From an uncultured Acidobacteriota bacterium (lineage in GTDB: Bacteria > Acidobacteriota > Terriglobia > Terriglobales > Acidobacteriaceae): DNA of 64,000 bases. The DNA lies in NCBI GenBank assembly GCA_963801615.1, contig CAWDFM010000004.1:58167-122166 (forward strand), written 5' to 3'. The position numbers and the translations under genes are program-made. Positions 48,156 to 57,019 of this stretch are shown piece by piece (position 1 is the stretch's first letter; each line of letters starts with the position of its first letter). The notes under the pieces were generated by a model that saw only the letters and a list, made by a program, of their open reading frames with translations, made no database searches and was not told where the DNA came from.

Positions 48156-48886
48156 AGCACTTTGCTTCGGAAGTAACAATTCTGAGTATGGCTTTGCTGG
48201 CTACTTCCTGTTCGCACAAATCCGTGTCGACGCCGGTTATTAAGCCTACAGCGTTCGGCGCCGCGATCGTTGAGTCCAGCGGAGGCAAGCAGCTGGCACA
48301 GACGGGTGCGTTGTTGGCGCAACCCGTGGTCGTGCTGGTCAACGACGCGCAGGGAACGGGCGTTTCTGGCGCGCTCGTCGATTTCGAGGCCGCGCCTGGA
48401 GTGACATTTGATCCTGCCAGCGCGCTGACCGATTCCAGTGGCCAAGTCACCACCAACGTATCCCTTGGCGGGATGGCTGGCCGCTACCAGATCACGGCTT
48501 CTACCTTCGACAAGTCGCACAGAAAAGTGGAATTGAAAATCGAAGAGATCGCGCTTGGTTATCAGCAGGCGCTGGGCAGGCATCTCAACGATCAGTACTG
48601 CGATCGCTGCCACAACGCCGAATCCACTGTCGAACGCGTTTCCAATTACGACAACCTGGAGGTCAAGCCGCATCCGTTCACCGAAGGGTCTACGCTGAAC
48701 AAGATGAGCGACGCAGATCTCACAGCTATCATCATTTATGGAGGACCAGCCCTTAGCAAGTCAGCGCTGATGCCGGGCTGGGGGAACACGCTCAGCAGCG
48801 CCGATGTGCAGGCGCTCATTTCCTATATCCGGGCGATTTCCGATCCTCCATCCCGAAGCGCTGGCCCGGTTTACGCGAAGAATTAG
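48152..48886 (+). CDS. lipoprotein with Ig-like (Big_1-type) domain and C-terminal monoheme cytochrome c
   Basis: Lipobox LLATSC, VVVLVNDAQGTGVSGALVDF...SSGQVTTNV, then CDRCH ... MPGWG. ATGA overlap with the octaheme gene. Confidence 0.8.
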   Translation: MKHFASEVTILSMALLATSCSHKSVSTPVIKPTAFGAAIVESSGGKQLAQTGALLAQPVVVLVNDAQGTGVSGALVDFEAAPGVTFDPASALTDSSGQVTTNVSLGGMAGRYQITASTFDKSHRKVELKIEEIALGYQQALGRHLNDQYCDRCHNAESTVERVSNYDNLEVKPHPFTEGSTLNKMSDADLTAIIIYGGPALSKSALMPGWGNTLSSADVQALISYIRAISDPPSRSAGPVYAKN

Positions 48887-48993
48887 TTCTGTTCGCGTTC
48901 CATTGTTCGGGTGCTTTGATTCGACCGTCGCTCCCCTCATTTCTTTGCCGCTGCGGTGGCGTCAGTGTGGTTCAGCACGGCGATCCGCTCCTC

Positions 48994-51900
48994 TTATGCT
49001 GCGGGTGCAGATTCCTGTCGCGACAGATCTCTTTCTCGCAGCCAAGTGAAGATCACCGGAGTCACAATCAGAACATGCAGTAGGGAGCTGACCATGCCTC
49101 CGAGCACAGGGGTTGCGAGTGGCTTCATCACTTCAGCGCCGGTGCGGGTAGACCACATAATCGGTAAGAGCCCTGCTACAACCGTGGATACGGTCATGAT
49201 CTTGGGACGTAAACGCAACAAGGCGCCTTCCATAACCGCTTCACGCAATCCCTGTACCGTCAGTCCGCCCATCGCGGCTCGCTTTCGCTCCACCGCCTCT
49301 TCCAAATAGATAACCATCACTACACCGGTCTGCACCGCGGTGCCGAACAGGGCGATGAAGCCGACCCAAACGGCAACGGAGAAGTTGTACCCAAGCAGCT
49401 TCAGGAGAAACACTCCGCCGCTCAATGCAAAAGGTACGGCGAGGATCACGTGCGAGGCCTCTTTGAACGAGTTGTAGGTTTTGTAGAGCAGAAGAAAGAT
49501 GATCAGGAATACGACTGGAATGACGAGTTCAAGCCTTTTTTTGGCACTAATCTGGTTCTCGTACTGGCCACTCCACTCGATGTAGTAGCCTGGCGGCATT
49601 TTCACTTCGCGGGCGACAGCATGCTGCGCCTCGTCCACGAACCGGCCAACGTCGCGGCCGCGCACGTTCATCAGCACACTTCCTCGCAGCAAACCGTTTT
49701 CGCTGCTGATCATGGATGGCCCCATCACCACGCCAAGGTCTGCTACTTCTCCAAGAGGAATCTGAGCGCCGTTGCTGGCCGTGACCAGTACGTTGTTTCG
49801 CAACTGTTCGGGATTTTCGCGGAAATCAGGGGAGTAACGAACTCTGACGGGTAGACGTTGGCGACCGTCAATTGCGGTGGTAAGGTTCTTGCCGCCAATC
49901 GCGGTCTCGATCACGTCCTGCACGTCGCCGACGTTTATACCGTAGCGCGCGGCGGCTTCGCGATTCACCTTGATTTCCAGGTACGGAGCGCCGGTGATGC
50001 GCTCGGCATAGAGGTCAGCGACACCAGGAACCGGCCGCAGAGCCCGTTCGATTTCAGTCTCCTTCTGTTCGATGGTCGCGAGGTCGTTGCCAAAGACCTT
50101 TACTCCGACCTGCGTGCGAATGCCGGTCGAGAGCATGTCGATGCGGTTGCGGATGGGCTGGGTCCAGATGTTGGTCACACCCGGCAGACGGAGCTTCTCG
50201 TCCAGCCTTTGCAGGATCGTTTCTTTGGTGGCGCCAGCGGGCCATTTGTCCTTAGGCTTGAAGTTGATGACGGTTTCAGTCATGTTCACTGGCGCGGGAT
50301 CGATGGCGCTTTCTGCGCGACCGATTTTGCCAACGACGCTATCGACCAGCGGATCTTGCGCAATGATTTTGTCCTGCCACCGAAGAATCTCGGTTGCCTT
50401 GGTGAGCGAAATGCTCGGGTCGGTAATCGGCATGAACAGCGCAGTCTCTTCGTCGAGTGGCGGCATGAACTCCGAGCCGATCGTGGTGGCCAGCCAGAGC
50501 GCCGAGGCAAAGATTGCAACTGCCGCACTCAAAGTCACAATCCTGTGCTTTAAAGCCCAGCGCAGTACGGGTTTGTAGATCATTCCCAAGGCGTGCATCA
50601 CGGGATTCGCGTCCTCGCGGTGCAGCTTTCCACGGATCAGGAAGGTGCAAAGCACCGGGACCAAGGTGACCGCGATGAACGTAGAGCACACCATGGCGAA
50701 AGTTTTGGTAAAGGCCAGAGGGTGAAACATCTTGCCTTCCATCCCAGTCAGTGCAAACACGGGTACGAATGCCAAAATGATGATGGTCATGGCGAAGAAA
50801 ATCGGTCGACCGACTAATTTGGCTGCTTCGAGCGTGATCTGGCTAATCGCTGACTTGTATTCGCCATGTTCTTCGTAATAACGCTCTGCGTGCCGCAGCA
50901 CGTTTTCAGTCATCACGATGCCAGCATCGACCAACACTCCAATCGCAATGGCGATCCCTCCGAGTGACATGATGTTGGAAGAGATGTCCGCGTAGTGCAT
51001 GAAAAGAAATGATCCAAGTACCGCAAGCGGCAATGGCAGAGTCACAATGAGGATGCTGCGGAAGTGCCACAGGAAGATCACGTGCGCGAGCGTGACCAGA
51101 GCGATCTCTTCGAACAGCGCCGACTTTAGCGTGTTCACAGCATGAACGATCAAAGTACTGCGGTCGTAAAAAGGAACGATGTGGACACCTTTAGGTAGCC
51201 CTGGCTCGAGCGCTGCAAGTTTCGTTTTGATCCCGCTAATAACCTCCTGCGCGTTCGCCCCGTTGCGGATGACGACCACTCCGCCCACAACATCCTTGCC
51301 GTCCTTGTCGAGAACGCCGCGGCGGAATTCCGGTCCCAAATGGACGTTGGCAACGTTGCGGATGTAGACCGGTGTGCCACCCGTGGCGGTGAGGACGATA
51401 TTCTCAAGGTCGGCCGGCGAGCCAATCAAGCCAATCCCGCGGACTGCCATCTCCTGGTCGCTTGCTTCAATCACTTTTGCGCCAACATTGGTGTTACTGC
51501 GCTGGACGCCGTCGATTATGGTGCGCAAAGGAATGTTGTAGGCGCGCAGTTTGATAGGATCAACGTCGATCTGATATTGGCGTACCCAACCGCCAATGCT
51601 GGCCACTTCTGCCACGCCGGAAACAGAATTCAGCTGGTACTTGATGAACCAGTCCTGAAGGGAGTGCAGGGTTCCGCCGTCGTAGGGGCCCTCGACCGTG
51701 TACCAGAAAACTTGGCCCACGCCGGTTGCATCCGGACCTAGAACAGGTACGACTCCTTCCGGCAGGAAAGCCGATGCCAGGTTCAGCCGCTCCAAGACCC
51801 GTGTGCGCGCAAAATAGGGGTCAATCTTGTCCTGGAAAATGATGTTGATCATTGAGAAACCCAAGGCCGAGGAGGAGCGCACGTCTCTCACTCCCGCCAG

Positions 51901-52125
51901 ACCTTGCAAGTTCACAGTCAACGGATACGTGATCTGGTCTTCCACTTCCTGAGGACTGCGGCCTGCCCAGTCGGTGTAGACAATCACTTGGTTCTCGCTG
52001 AGATCAGGAATGGCGTCGATTGGCGTCCTTAGGAGTGCCCAGTAACCCCAAACAGCCAGCAGCGCGTAAGCCAGCAAAATGAGGCCGCGGTTCTTGAGCG
52101 AAAATTCAATGAGCCGATTGATCAT
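48994..52125 (-). CDS. CusA/CzcA-family heavy-metal efflux RND transporter
   Basis: 1043 aa. [24 protein letters not shown]-terminus and 12-TM HME-RND organisation. Confidence 0.95.
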   Translation of the reverse strand: MINRLIEFSLKNRGLILLAYALLAVWGYWALLRTPIDAIPDLSENQVIVYTDWAGRSPQEVEDQITYPLTVNLQGLAGVRDVRSSSALGFSMINIIFQDKIDPYFARTRVLERLNLASAFLPEGVVPVLGPDATGVGQVFWYTVEGPYDGGTLHSLQDWFIKYQLNSVSGVAEVASIGGWVRQYQIDVDPIKLRAYNIPLRTIIDGVQRSNTNVGAKVIEASDQEMAVRGIGLIGSPADLENIVLTATGGTPVYIRNVANVHLGPEFRRGVLDKDGKDVVGGVVVIRNGANAQEVISGIKTKLAALEPGLPKGVHIVPFYDRSTLIVHAVNTLKSALFEEIALVTLAHVIFLWHFRSILIVTLPLPLAVLGSFLFMHYADISSNIMSLGGIAIAIGVLVDAGIVMTENVLRHAERYYEEHGEYKSAISQITLEAAKLVGRPIFFAMTIIILAFVPVFALTGMEGKMFHPLAFTKTFAMVCSTFIAVTLVPVLCTFLIRGKLHREDANPVMHALGMIYKPVLRWALKHRIVTLSAAVAIFASALWLATTIGSEFMPPLDEETALFMPITDPSISLTKATEILRWQDKIIAQDPLVDSVVGKIGRAESAIDPAPVNMTETVINFKPKDKWPAGATKETILQRLDEKLRLPGVTNIWTQPIRNRIDMLSTGIRTQVGVKVFGNDLATIEQKETEIERALRPVPGVADLYAERITGAPYLEIKVNREAAARYGINVGDVQDVIETAIGGKNLTTAIDGRQRLPVRVRYSPDFRENPEQLRNNVLVTASNGAQIPLGEVADLGVVMGPSMISSENGLLRGSVLMNVRGRDVGRFVDEAQHAVAREVKMPPGYYIEWSGQYENQISAKKRLELVIPVVFLIIFLLLYKTYNSFKEASHVILAVPFALSGGVFLLKLLGYNFSVAVWVGFIALFGTAVQTGVVMVIYLEEAVERKRAAMGGLTVQGLREAVMEGALLRLRPKIMTVSTVVAGLLPIMWSTRTGAEVMKPLATPVLGGMVSSLLHVLIVTPVIFTWLRERDLSRQESAPAA

Positions 52126-52137
52126 AATTTCTCCTCA

Positions 52138-53727
52138 TCACTGCGCATTCAGCCGGGCGCGGTAGCTGCCTAGAAGTTGCCCGTTGCGGCTGGCATTAAC
52201 TTCGACATTCCAAGAGCCTGCCGACGGGACCTTGATGGTGCCCACGTACTCTGAGCCCTTCCATGTGAGGGCGGTCGAAGCACGCATCTCGGCCATTCCC
52301 ATTGCTGGCATCGCCGGCATAATCAGCGTGACCTTTATTTCCGCATCACTCACGGGCCTTCCGGAAGCCTCGAGCGCGGTCACGTGCAACGTGGCGTCGG
52401 AATTGCCACGTGGTGTTTGCGGATCGCAACGGAAGGTCAGCTTCATCTGAGATACAACCGGGGCTTGCGCCTGACCTTGGTCCGCCTGACCATGATCGAA
52501 TTCTTTCGATCCACCATAGAGTCCAGTCATGCCGCCGCTGATCCTGGTTTGTGAATCGATCAGGAAATTACCCTGACTGACAATGCGTTCGCCTTCTTTG
52601 ACTCCAGAGAGCACTGGGTAGTAGTCGTTGCCAGGCATTCCGAGTTGCACCTCTCGGCCTTCGAATTCCCCATTGCCTTTAGCTACGTAAACGATCTTGC
52701 GCATACCCGTATCGAGAACAGCCGAGCGGGGTATGGCCAGGACGTCGCGTGCTGCCGGTGCAGCAAACTTGACTTGCACGAACATGCCGGGACGCAATCG
52801 CATGTTGGGATTCGGAACCTGGATTCGAGCCGAGGCAGTGCGGGTCTGAGGGTTGATGGAAGTATCGAGAAATCCCACTCGCCCATGCAGGGTAGCGCCG
52901 GGTAGTGAGTCCGAAGTGATCTCAACGTTCTGGCCGGTATGCACAGCGGGCAAATCGGGCTGGTACACGTCGGCCTTTACCCAAATCGTGCTCAAGTCGA
53001 CCACGGTAAAAAGGACTTCGCCTGCGTTTACGTATTGCCCTTGGGTAACCTTGCGTTCGCTCACGATGCCGCTCACGGAGGCATAAATGGGGAGTTCGAT
53101 CTGCGGTTTCTCCGACGATGCGATCTCATCAAGCTGCGGTGGAGTGAGTCCCCAAAGTTCGAGCCGGCGGCGGCTGGCGGTTACGAGATCTTCGGCCCCT
53201 GCGACTGCAAGGGGCTCGGCGCTTTTGGCCAGACGCCTTTGGTTCTCGATCGCGAGCCTGTACTCTTCAGCGGCGGAAAACACTTCCGGACTGTAAAGCG
53301 ATGCGATGATCTGACCACGACGCACTTGCTGGCCCGTGAAATCCAGGTTGAGTTTGTCGATGCGGCCACCGATGCGGGCACTGATCGAAGCCAGTTGGGT
53401 TTCCGGTTCGTCTACTTTGGCGACAGTCATCAGAGCGCGTTGAAGGTTACGTCGCCTGACTTCGACCGTTTCGACACCAATGTCCTTCTGTTCTTTCTGG
53501 TCGAGTTGAATACTGGAAACCGAGGAGTCAGCCTGGGCTTGCTCATGTTCTGCTCTTCGAGACGTGGTTTGGTCTAACGGTGTCTCGTACTCGGGAATCT
53601 GGCCTTCTTGAGTCTGGGCAGCGCTACGCTCGGGTTGCCAAAGGCGAGTCGCGCCGTACACGACGAAGGCCAGCACCAGCCCGAGAGCGAGTCCTGTGCC
53701 AAGAAGTTTCTTTTCATGATGTGTCAT
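52138..53727 (-). CDS. efflux RND periplasmic adaptor (CusB-like) with extra C-terminal Met-rich YtkA/FixH-like domain
   Basis: The adaptor core (barrel-sandwich/lipoyl motifs) is followed by ...LTFRCDPQTPRG...IMPAMPAMGMAEMRAS...GSWNVEVNA. Confidence 0.9.
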   Translation of the reverse strand: MTHHEKKLLGTGLALGLVLAFVVYGATRLWQPERSAAQTQEGQIPEYETPLDQTTSRRAEHEQAQADSSVSSIQLDQKEQKDIGVETVEVRRRNLQRALMTVAKVDEPETQLASISARIGGRIDKLNLDFTGQQVRRGQIIASLYSPEVFSAAEEYRLAIENQRRLAKSAEPLAVAGAEDLVTASRRRLELWGLTPPQLDEIASSEKPQIELPIYASVSGIVSERKVTQGQYVNAGEVLFTVVDLSTIWVKADVYQPDLPAVHTGQNVEITSDSLPGATLHGRVGFLDTSINPQTRTASARIQVPNPNMRLRPGMFVQVKFAAPAARDVLAIPRSAVLDTGMRKIVYVAKGNGEFEGREVQLGMPGNDYYPVLSGVKEGERIVSQGNFLIDSQTRISGGMTGLYGGSKEFDHGQADQGQAQAPVVSQMKLTFRCDPQTPRGNSDATLHVTALEASGRPVSDAEIKVTLIMPAMPAMGMAEMRASTALTWKGSEYVGTIKVPSAGSWNVEVNASRNGQLLGSYRARLNAQ

Positions 53728-55124
53728 CAGCGCACCTCCGGAGTGATCTGAGGAAGAGAAGCTTGAGGGCCGGTTGTGTTCGATTCGTGTCCGTCCCGTG
53801 GCAGGGAAGTTCCCACCGCACGTTCGAGATCGGCGATTCGCGATTCCAGTTCGGATGCGGAGCGGTAGTAATCGAGTTCAACTTCGAGGGCCGTGTTCTG
53901 GCTGTCGAGCAAGTTGAGGAAGTCGGTGCGGTCGACCTGATAAGCAGCAACCGTTGACTTTAATGTTGCCTGTGCCTGGGGACGAAGCGTCTGGTTGTAA
54001 AGATCAACGAGGCGCTTCGCAGACTGCGCGCGAATCAGAGCATCCTGGATTTCCTGGAAGACGATCGCCCGTTGGTTTTCGTACTCTGCTCTTTCAGCCG
54101 AGACCTCCGCTTGGGCTTCGGCGATCTCCGCGTCGTGGCGCCCTCGATTCAGCCAGGGCAACGTGACAGCGACCTCCGCCATATAGGTGTTGCGATAACG
54201 GGCGCCGTCCGGCATGAGCATATAGCCAGCGCTCAGGTTGTAGTCAGGCGTGTAGGATTTCTCGGCCAGTTTGGTGCGGGCCTCACCTTGCCGCACGCCT
54301 GAAGATGCCATCGCCAACTCGGGCCGATTCTCCAAAGCGGTCTTTTCCAGGTCTAAGAGTGCGGGGAGCTTTTGCGGCGGCGAATAATCGCCCTGAAGTT
54401 CCAGTGGAGATGCGGGGTCTCGTCCCAGGAGTGTATTCAGTCGGGCGCGCGCGAGACCGCCGTCCTGTTCGAGCATCACCAGGTGCTCGACAAGTTTAGT
54501 AAGTGCAATCTGCGCTTTCAGCACGTCCTGCTGCGGAACGCGACCGACAACATACTTGATCCGCGCCGACTCGGAGGACTCGCGAGCCAGCGCCGCCTGC
54601 TCGTCATGCAGCAGGAGTTCGTCTTGATTGCGGAGGAGGTCATAGAATGTCTTCCGAACTTCAGCCGTGACATCGCGCTTTTTGGCGTCCAGTTCCGCTT
54701 TGACCTGCTCCACTCCCTCCGAGGCGAGTTGAGTGCGCAGGGCCCGCTTACCCGGACCGGGCAGTGACTGATTGAACATGAACATGTGCTGCGTCTGGTT
54801 CAGATCCCATGGCCTGGCGAGTGGTGTGCCCCAACCGCGATACATGAATTCGGGGTCGCTCAACGACCCAGCGCTGCGCACCCGTGTCTCGGCGATTGCG
54901 ACGCGACGCATAGCTACCCGGATTTCGAAATTGTTTGCCAACGCAGCTGCTTCGAGTTCGTTAAGACTCATGGGCGGCGTGGACGACCGAGGGTGCTGAT
55001 GCTCCTGCGCCAGAAGGCCAGTCACACCAGACAGGGGATCGACATTGGCGGGGGGCTCATTGGCAAAGCCCACGGCACCGCTGAAGGCAATCAGCAGGCA
55101 AATACTTACACGTAGAACTTTCAT
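53727..55124 (-). CDS. TolC/CusC-family outer-membrane efflux protein
   Basis: Start taken at MKVLRVSICLLIAFSGAVGFA, with ggagg RBS. Two OEP repeats. Confidence 0.85.
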   Translation of the reverse strand: MKVLRVSICLLIAFSGAVGFANEPPANVDPLSGVTGLLAQEHQHPRSSTPPMSLNELEAAALANNFEIRVAMRRVAIAETRVRSAGSLSDPEFMYRGWGTPLARPWDLNQTQHMFMFNQSLPGPGKRALRTQLASEGVEQVKAELDAKKRDVTAEVRKTFYDLLRNQDELLLHDEQAALARESSESARIKYVVGRVPQQDVLKAQIALTKLVEHLVMLEQDGGLARARLNTLLGRDPASPLELQGDYSPPQKLPALLDLEKTALENRPELAMASSGVRQGEARTKLAEKSYTPDYNLSAGYMLMPDGARYRNTYMAEVAVTLPWLNRGRHDAEIAEAQAEVSAERAEYENQRAIVFQEIQDALIRAQSAKRLVDLYNQTLRPQAQATLKSTVAAYQVDRTDFLNLLDSQNTALEVELDYYRSASELESRIADLERAVGTSLPRDGHESNTTGPQASLPQITPEVR

Positions 55125-55234
55125 TGCTCCTCCGTAAACAGTTAACGAGTCGAGGGATAGGAGGCATGTTGCTGCCAGCCGCACCAAAGGCGCAGCAAGG
55201 CAGGGCACGACTTCATCCGGGCAATGAAAGTTGT

Positions 55235-55612
55235 CTAGATTCTCAAAACAGAATTACAGCCGGGGGACAGTTCCGGTGGTGGAGCGTGAAGAAATGAGAG
55301 GTGGGCGCGCACGGTTACAGCGGGCAATGCTCCTGAGGAGGCGACTGGTGGTAACACAGCAATTGTGAGGGGACGAACCGGTCCGGCAGCCTGCGCCTGG
55401 GGAAGAACAGTGTTCGTCGGTGCCTGAGCCTTGCAGCACGAGTGACTGGCCGGCATCATGGAACTTCCACACTGCTCCGCCATGTGGTGGCAGCACTCCC
55501 GTTCCGCGGGAGTCATCGTCGCACCTGGCAGAACACACGCCATGGCTGGCGTGATGGCCCACAGAAGGGCAATCGTCAGCAGGGCGCATGCTCGAGTTCT
55601 AGTCACTCTCAT
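55235..55612 (-). CDS. secreted Cys/His/Met-rich small protein upstream of the efflux operon
   Basis: Signal peptide, then ERECCHHMAEQCGSSMMPASHSCC. Confidence 0.5.
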   Translation of the reverse strand: MRVTRTRACALLTIALLWAITPAMACVLPGATMTPAERECCHHMAEQCGSSMMPASHSCCKAQAPTNTVLPQAQAAGPVRPLTIAVLPPVASSGALPAVTVRAHLSFLHAPPPELSPGCNSVLRI

Positions 55613-55694
55613 AAGTGTACTGCGTTTTCTGACGGCTATGGATGAGTTCTCGCTTCAAACAAAATAATGTTACGTCGAGCTGGACGACAACTGC

Positions 55695-55710
55695 TGTGAC
55701 GGAAATCACA
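55695..55710. promoter_or_regulatory. perfect CRP-type palindrome TGTGA-N6-TCACA
   Basis: tgtgacggaaatcaca lies 83 nt upstream of the 55612 start codon and directly before the Crp-like gene remnant. Confidence 0.5.
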
Positions 55711-55767
55711 GCCCAAGGAAGGGTGTGGCGAGGAATCGCCAATCTTGTCGTCAATCTTTAATAGAGT

Positions 55768-55897
55768 CTGTTGCTATCCGGCGCTCGGCCATTTTTGGAT
55801 CAGCCGTTCAATTCGAGCGAGAAGAGGCTGGACCGGATCCTTTTGCTACACGCTCGTTTGGCAAGGAGGCACGCCCGAGACGGTCGTCCCCAAGATC
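55768..55897 (+). pseudogene. decayed fragment of a Crp/Fnr-family regulator gene
   Basis: Three frames in succession read LDQPFNSSEKRLDRILLLHAR / FGKEA / PETVVPKI. These match DQLFNSSEKRLARVLLLLARFGKEGIPETVVPKI of the intact regulator at 27076..27819. Frameshifts are present and both the beta-roll and the HTH are missing. Confidence 0.55.
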
Positions 55898-56041
55898 TTT
55901 TGGAATGTCCAAGTCACATTCGCAAACCGACCGTCATAAAACAAAACATGCAACCTGTTCGAGCCTGCCTCGGTAGGCGCCGCTCATATCTACGCCAGCA
56001 GTTCTCGGCTCGCGCTAATCGGTCGGCAATCAGGCTATCCG

Positions 56042-56266
56042 CTACGACCGCAGAGTGACGGGTGTTGCTGCCGCCATGCATAGCTCTCGGTAGCGGATTT
56101 TGCGAACCGTGTGTGTAATCCCCAAAAAGCCGGGGGCCATAAAGCATGTCCGTCCAGCGGGCGAATGACATTGCGGGCAATCGACGGTCAGTTCAGGATG
56201 TCCCTTGCGGATACCTTTTCTTGCTTGCTTTGCGTTGGGCCACAGTTGTACGCCAGGCGTCGCCAT
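56042..56266 (-). CDS. small zinc-finger protein, paralogue of 28909..29049 (possibly decaying)
   Basis: MATPGVQLWPNAKQARKGIRKGHPELTVDCPQCHSPAGRTCFMAPGFLGITHTVRKIR... shares the C-P-x-C-x-[AS]-x-[PA]-G-x-x-C ... H..R pattern. Confidence 0.35.
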   Translation of the reverse strand: MATPGVQLWPNAKQARKGIRKGHPELTVDCPQCHSPAGRTCFMAPGFLGITHTVRKIRYRELCMAAATPVTLRS

Positions 56267-57019
56267 GCACATCCTCCAGATACTTTGCATTATTAGTTCA
56301 GTAAGGTAGTTGCGATGTACGCTCATTCGTCGTCTGAGTAACGTGAGACGTACGCACGGCCCCTACGTCGTGCCCCCTGGGGAGGGAAGTGGGTTACGCG
56401 AGAATAACAGTGGTGGAGTGGAAGATAGACATGTAGCAGCGCGAATTTGCACTCAAATTACAAACTTAACAATCGGCAATGAAGAGTACTTCACTATTCG
56501 ACTACGCATAATAGCGCTCGACCATTACATGACTTCATTCCCATGCCAACTGTATCCAGTAGCGACGGATAGTCGAATGCGCCTGCCCATACCAACGCTG
56601 TAGTCGCACGTATTTAACATTTATTACTTGTATAGACATAGTGTTAAGTTTGTTAAACCTTCGCAAAATCAGCGTGCGGAGCTTAGATATTTGCTGTTGA
56701 ACAAAATCGGTAACCGCAAGCCCGCATAAGCTCAGCTCACTTCACGACTGAAGTTGCGACTCGTGAGTGTAGCAGCGGCATTCGGCGCTCCCCCCAAGTG
56801 CTAAGTCGGCCGCTGACTGAAGTAGTGGGGATCCATAACAAAGCATCATGAACGGTAATTAGAGCTGGATGCGGCGGCTCAACGCAGGCACATCTAGCTA
56901 TCGCTGAATGTCTGTGCACGGTTACAGCTCGCAAAGTGTCCGGTACCGTGCACCGCAAACAGCACTTATCGTCCCGAGCGCGGTGTGCGCCCGCAAGTAA
57001 GCCAGGAGGCTACACGGTC

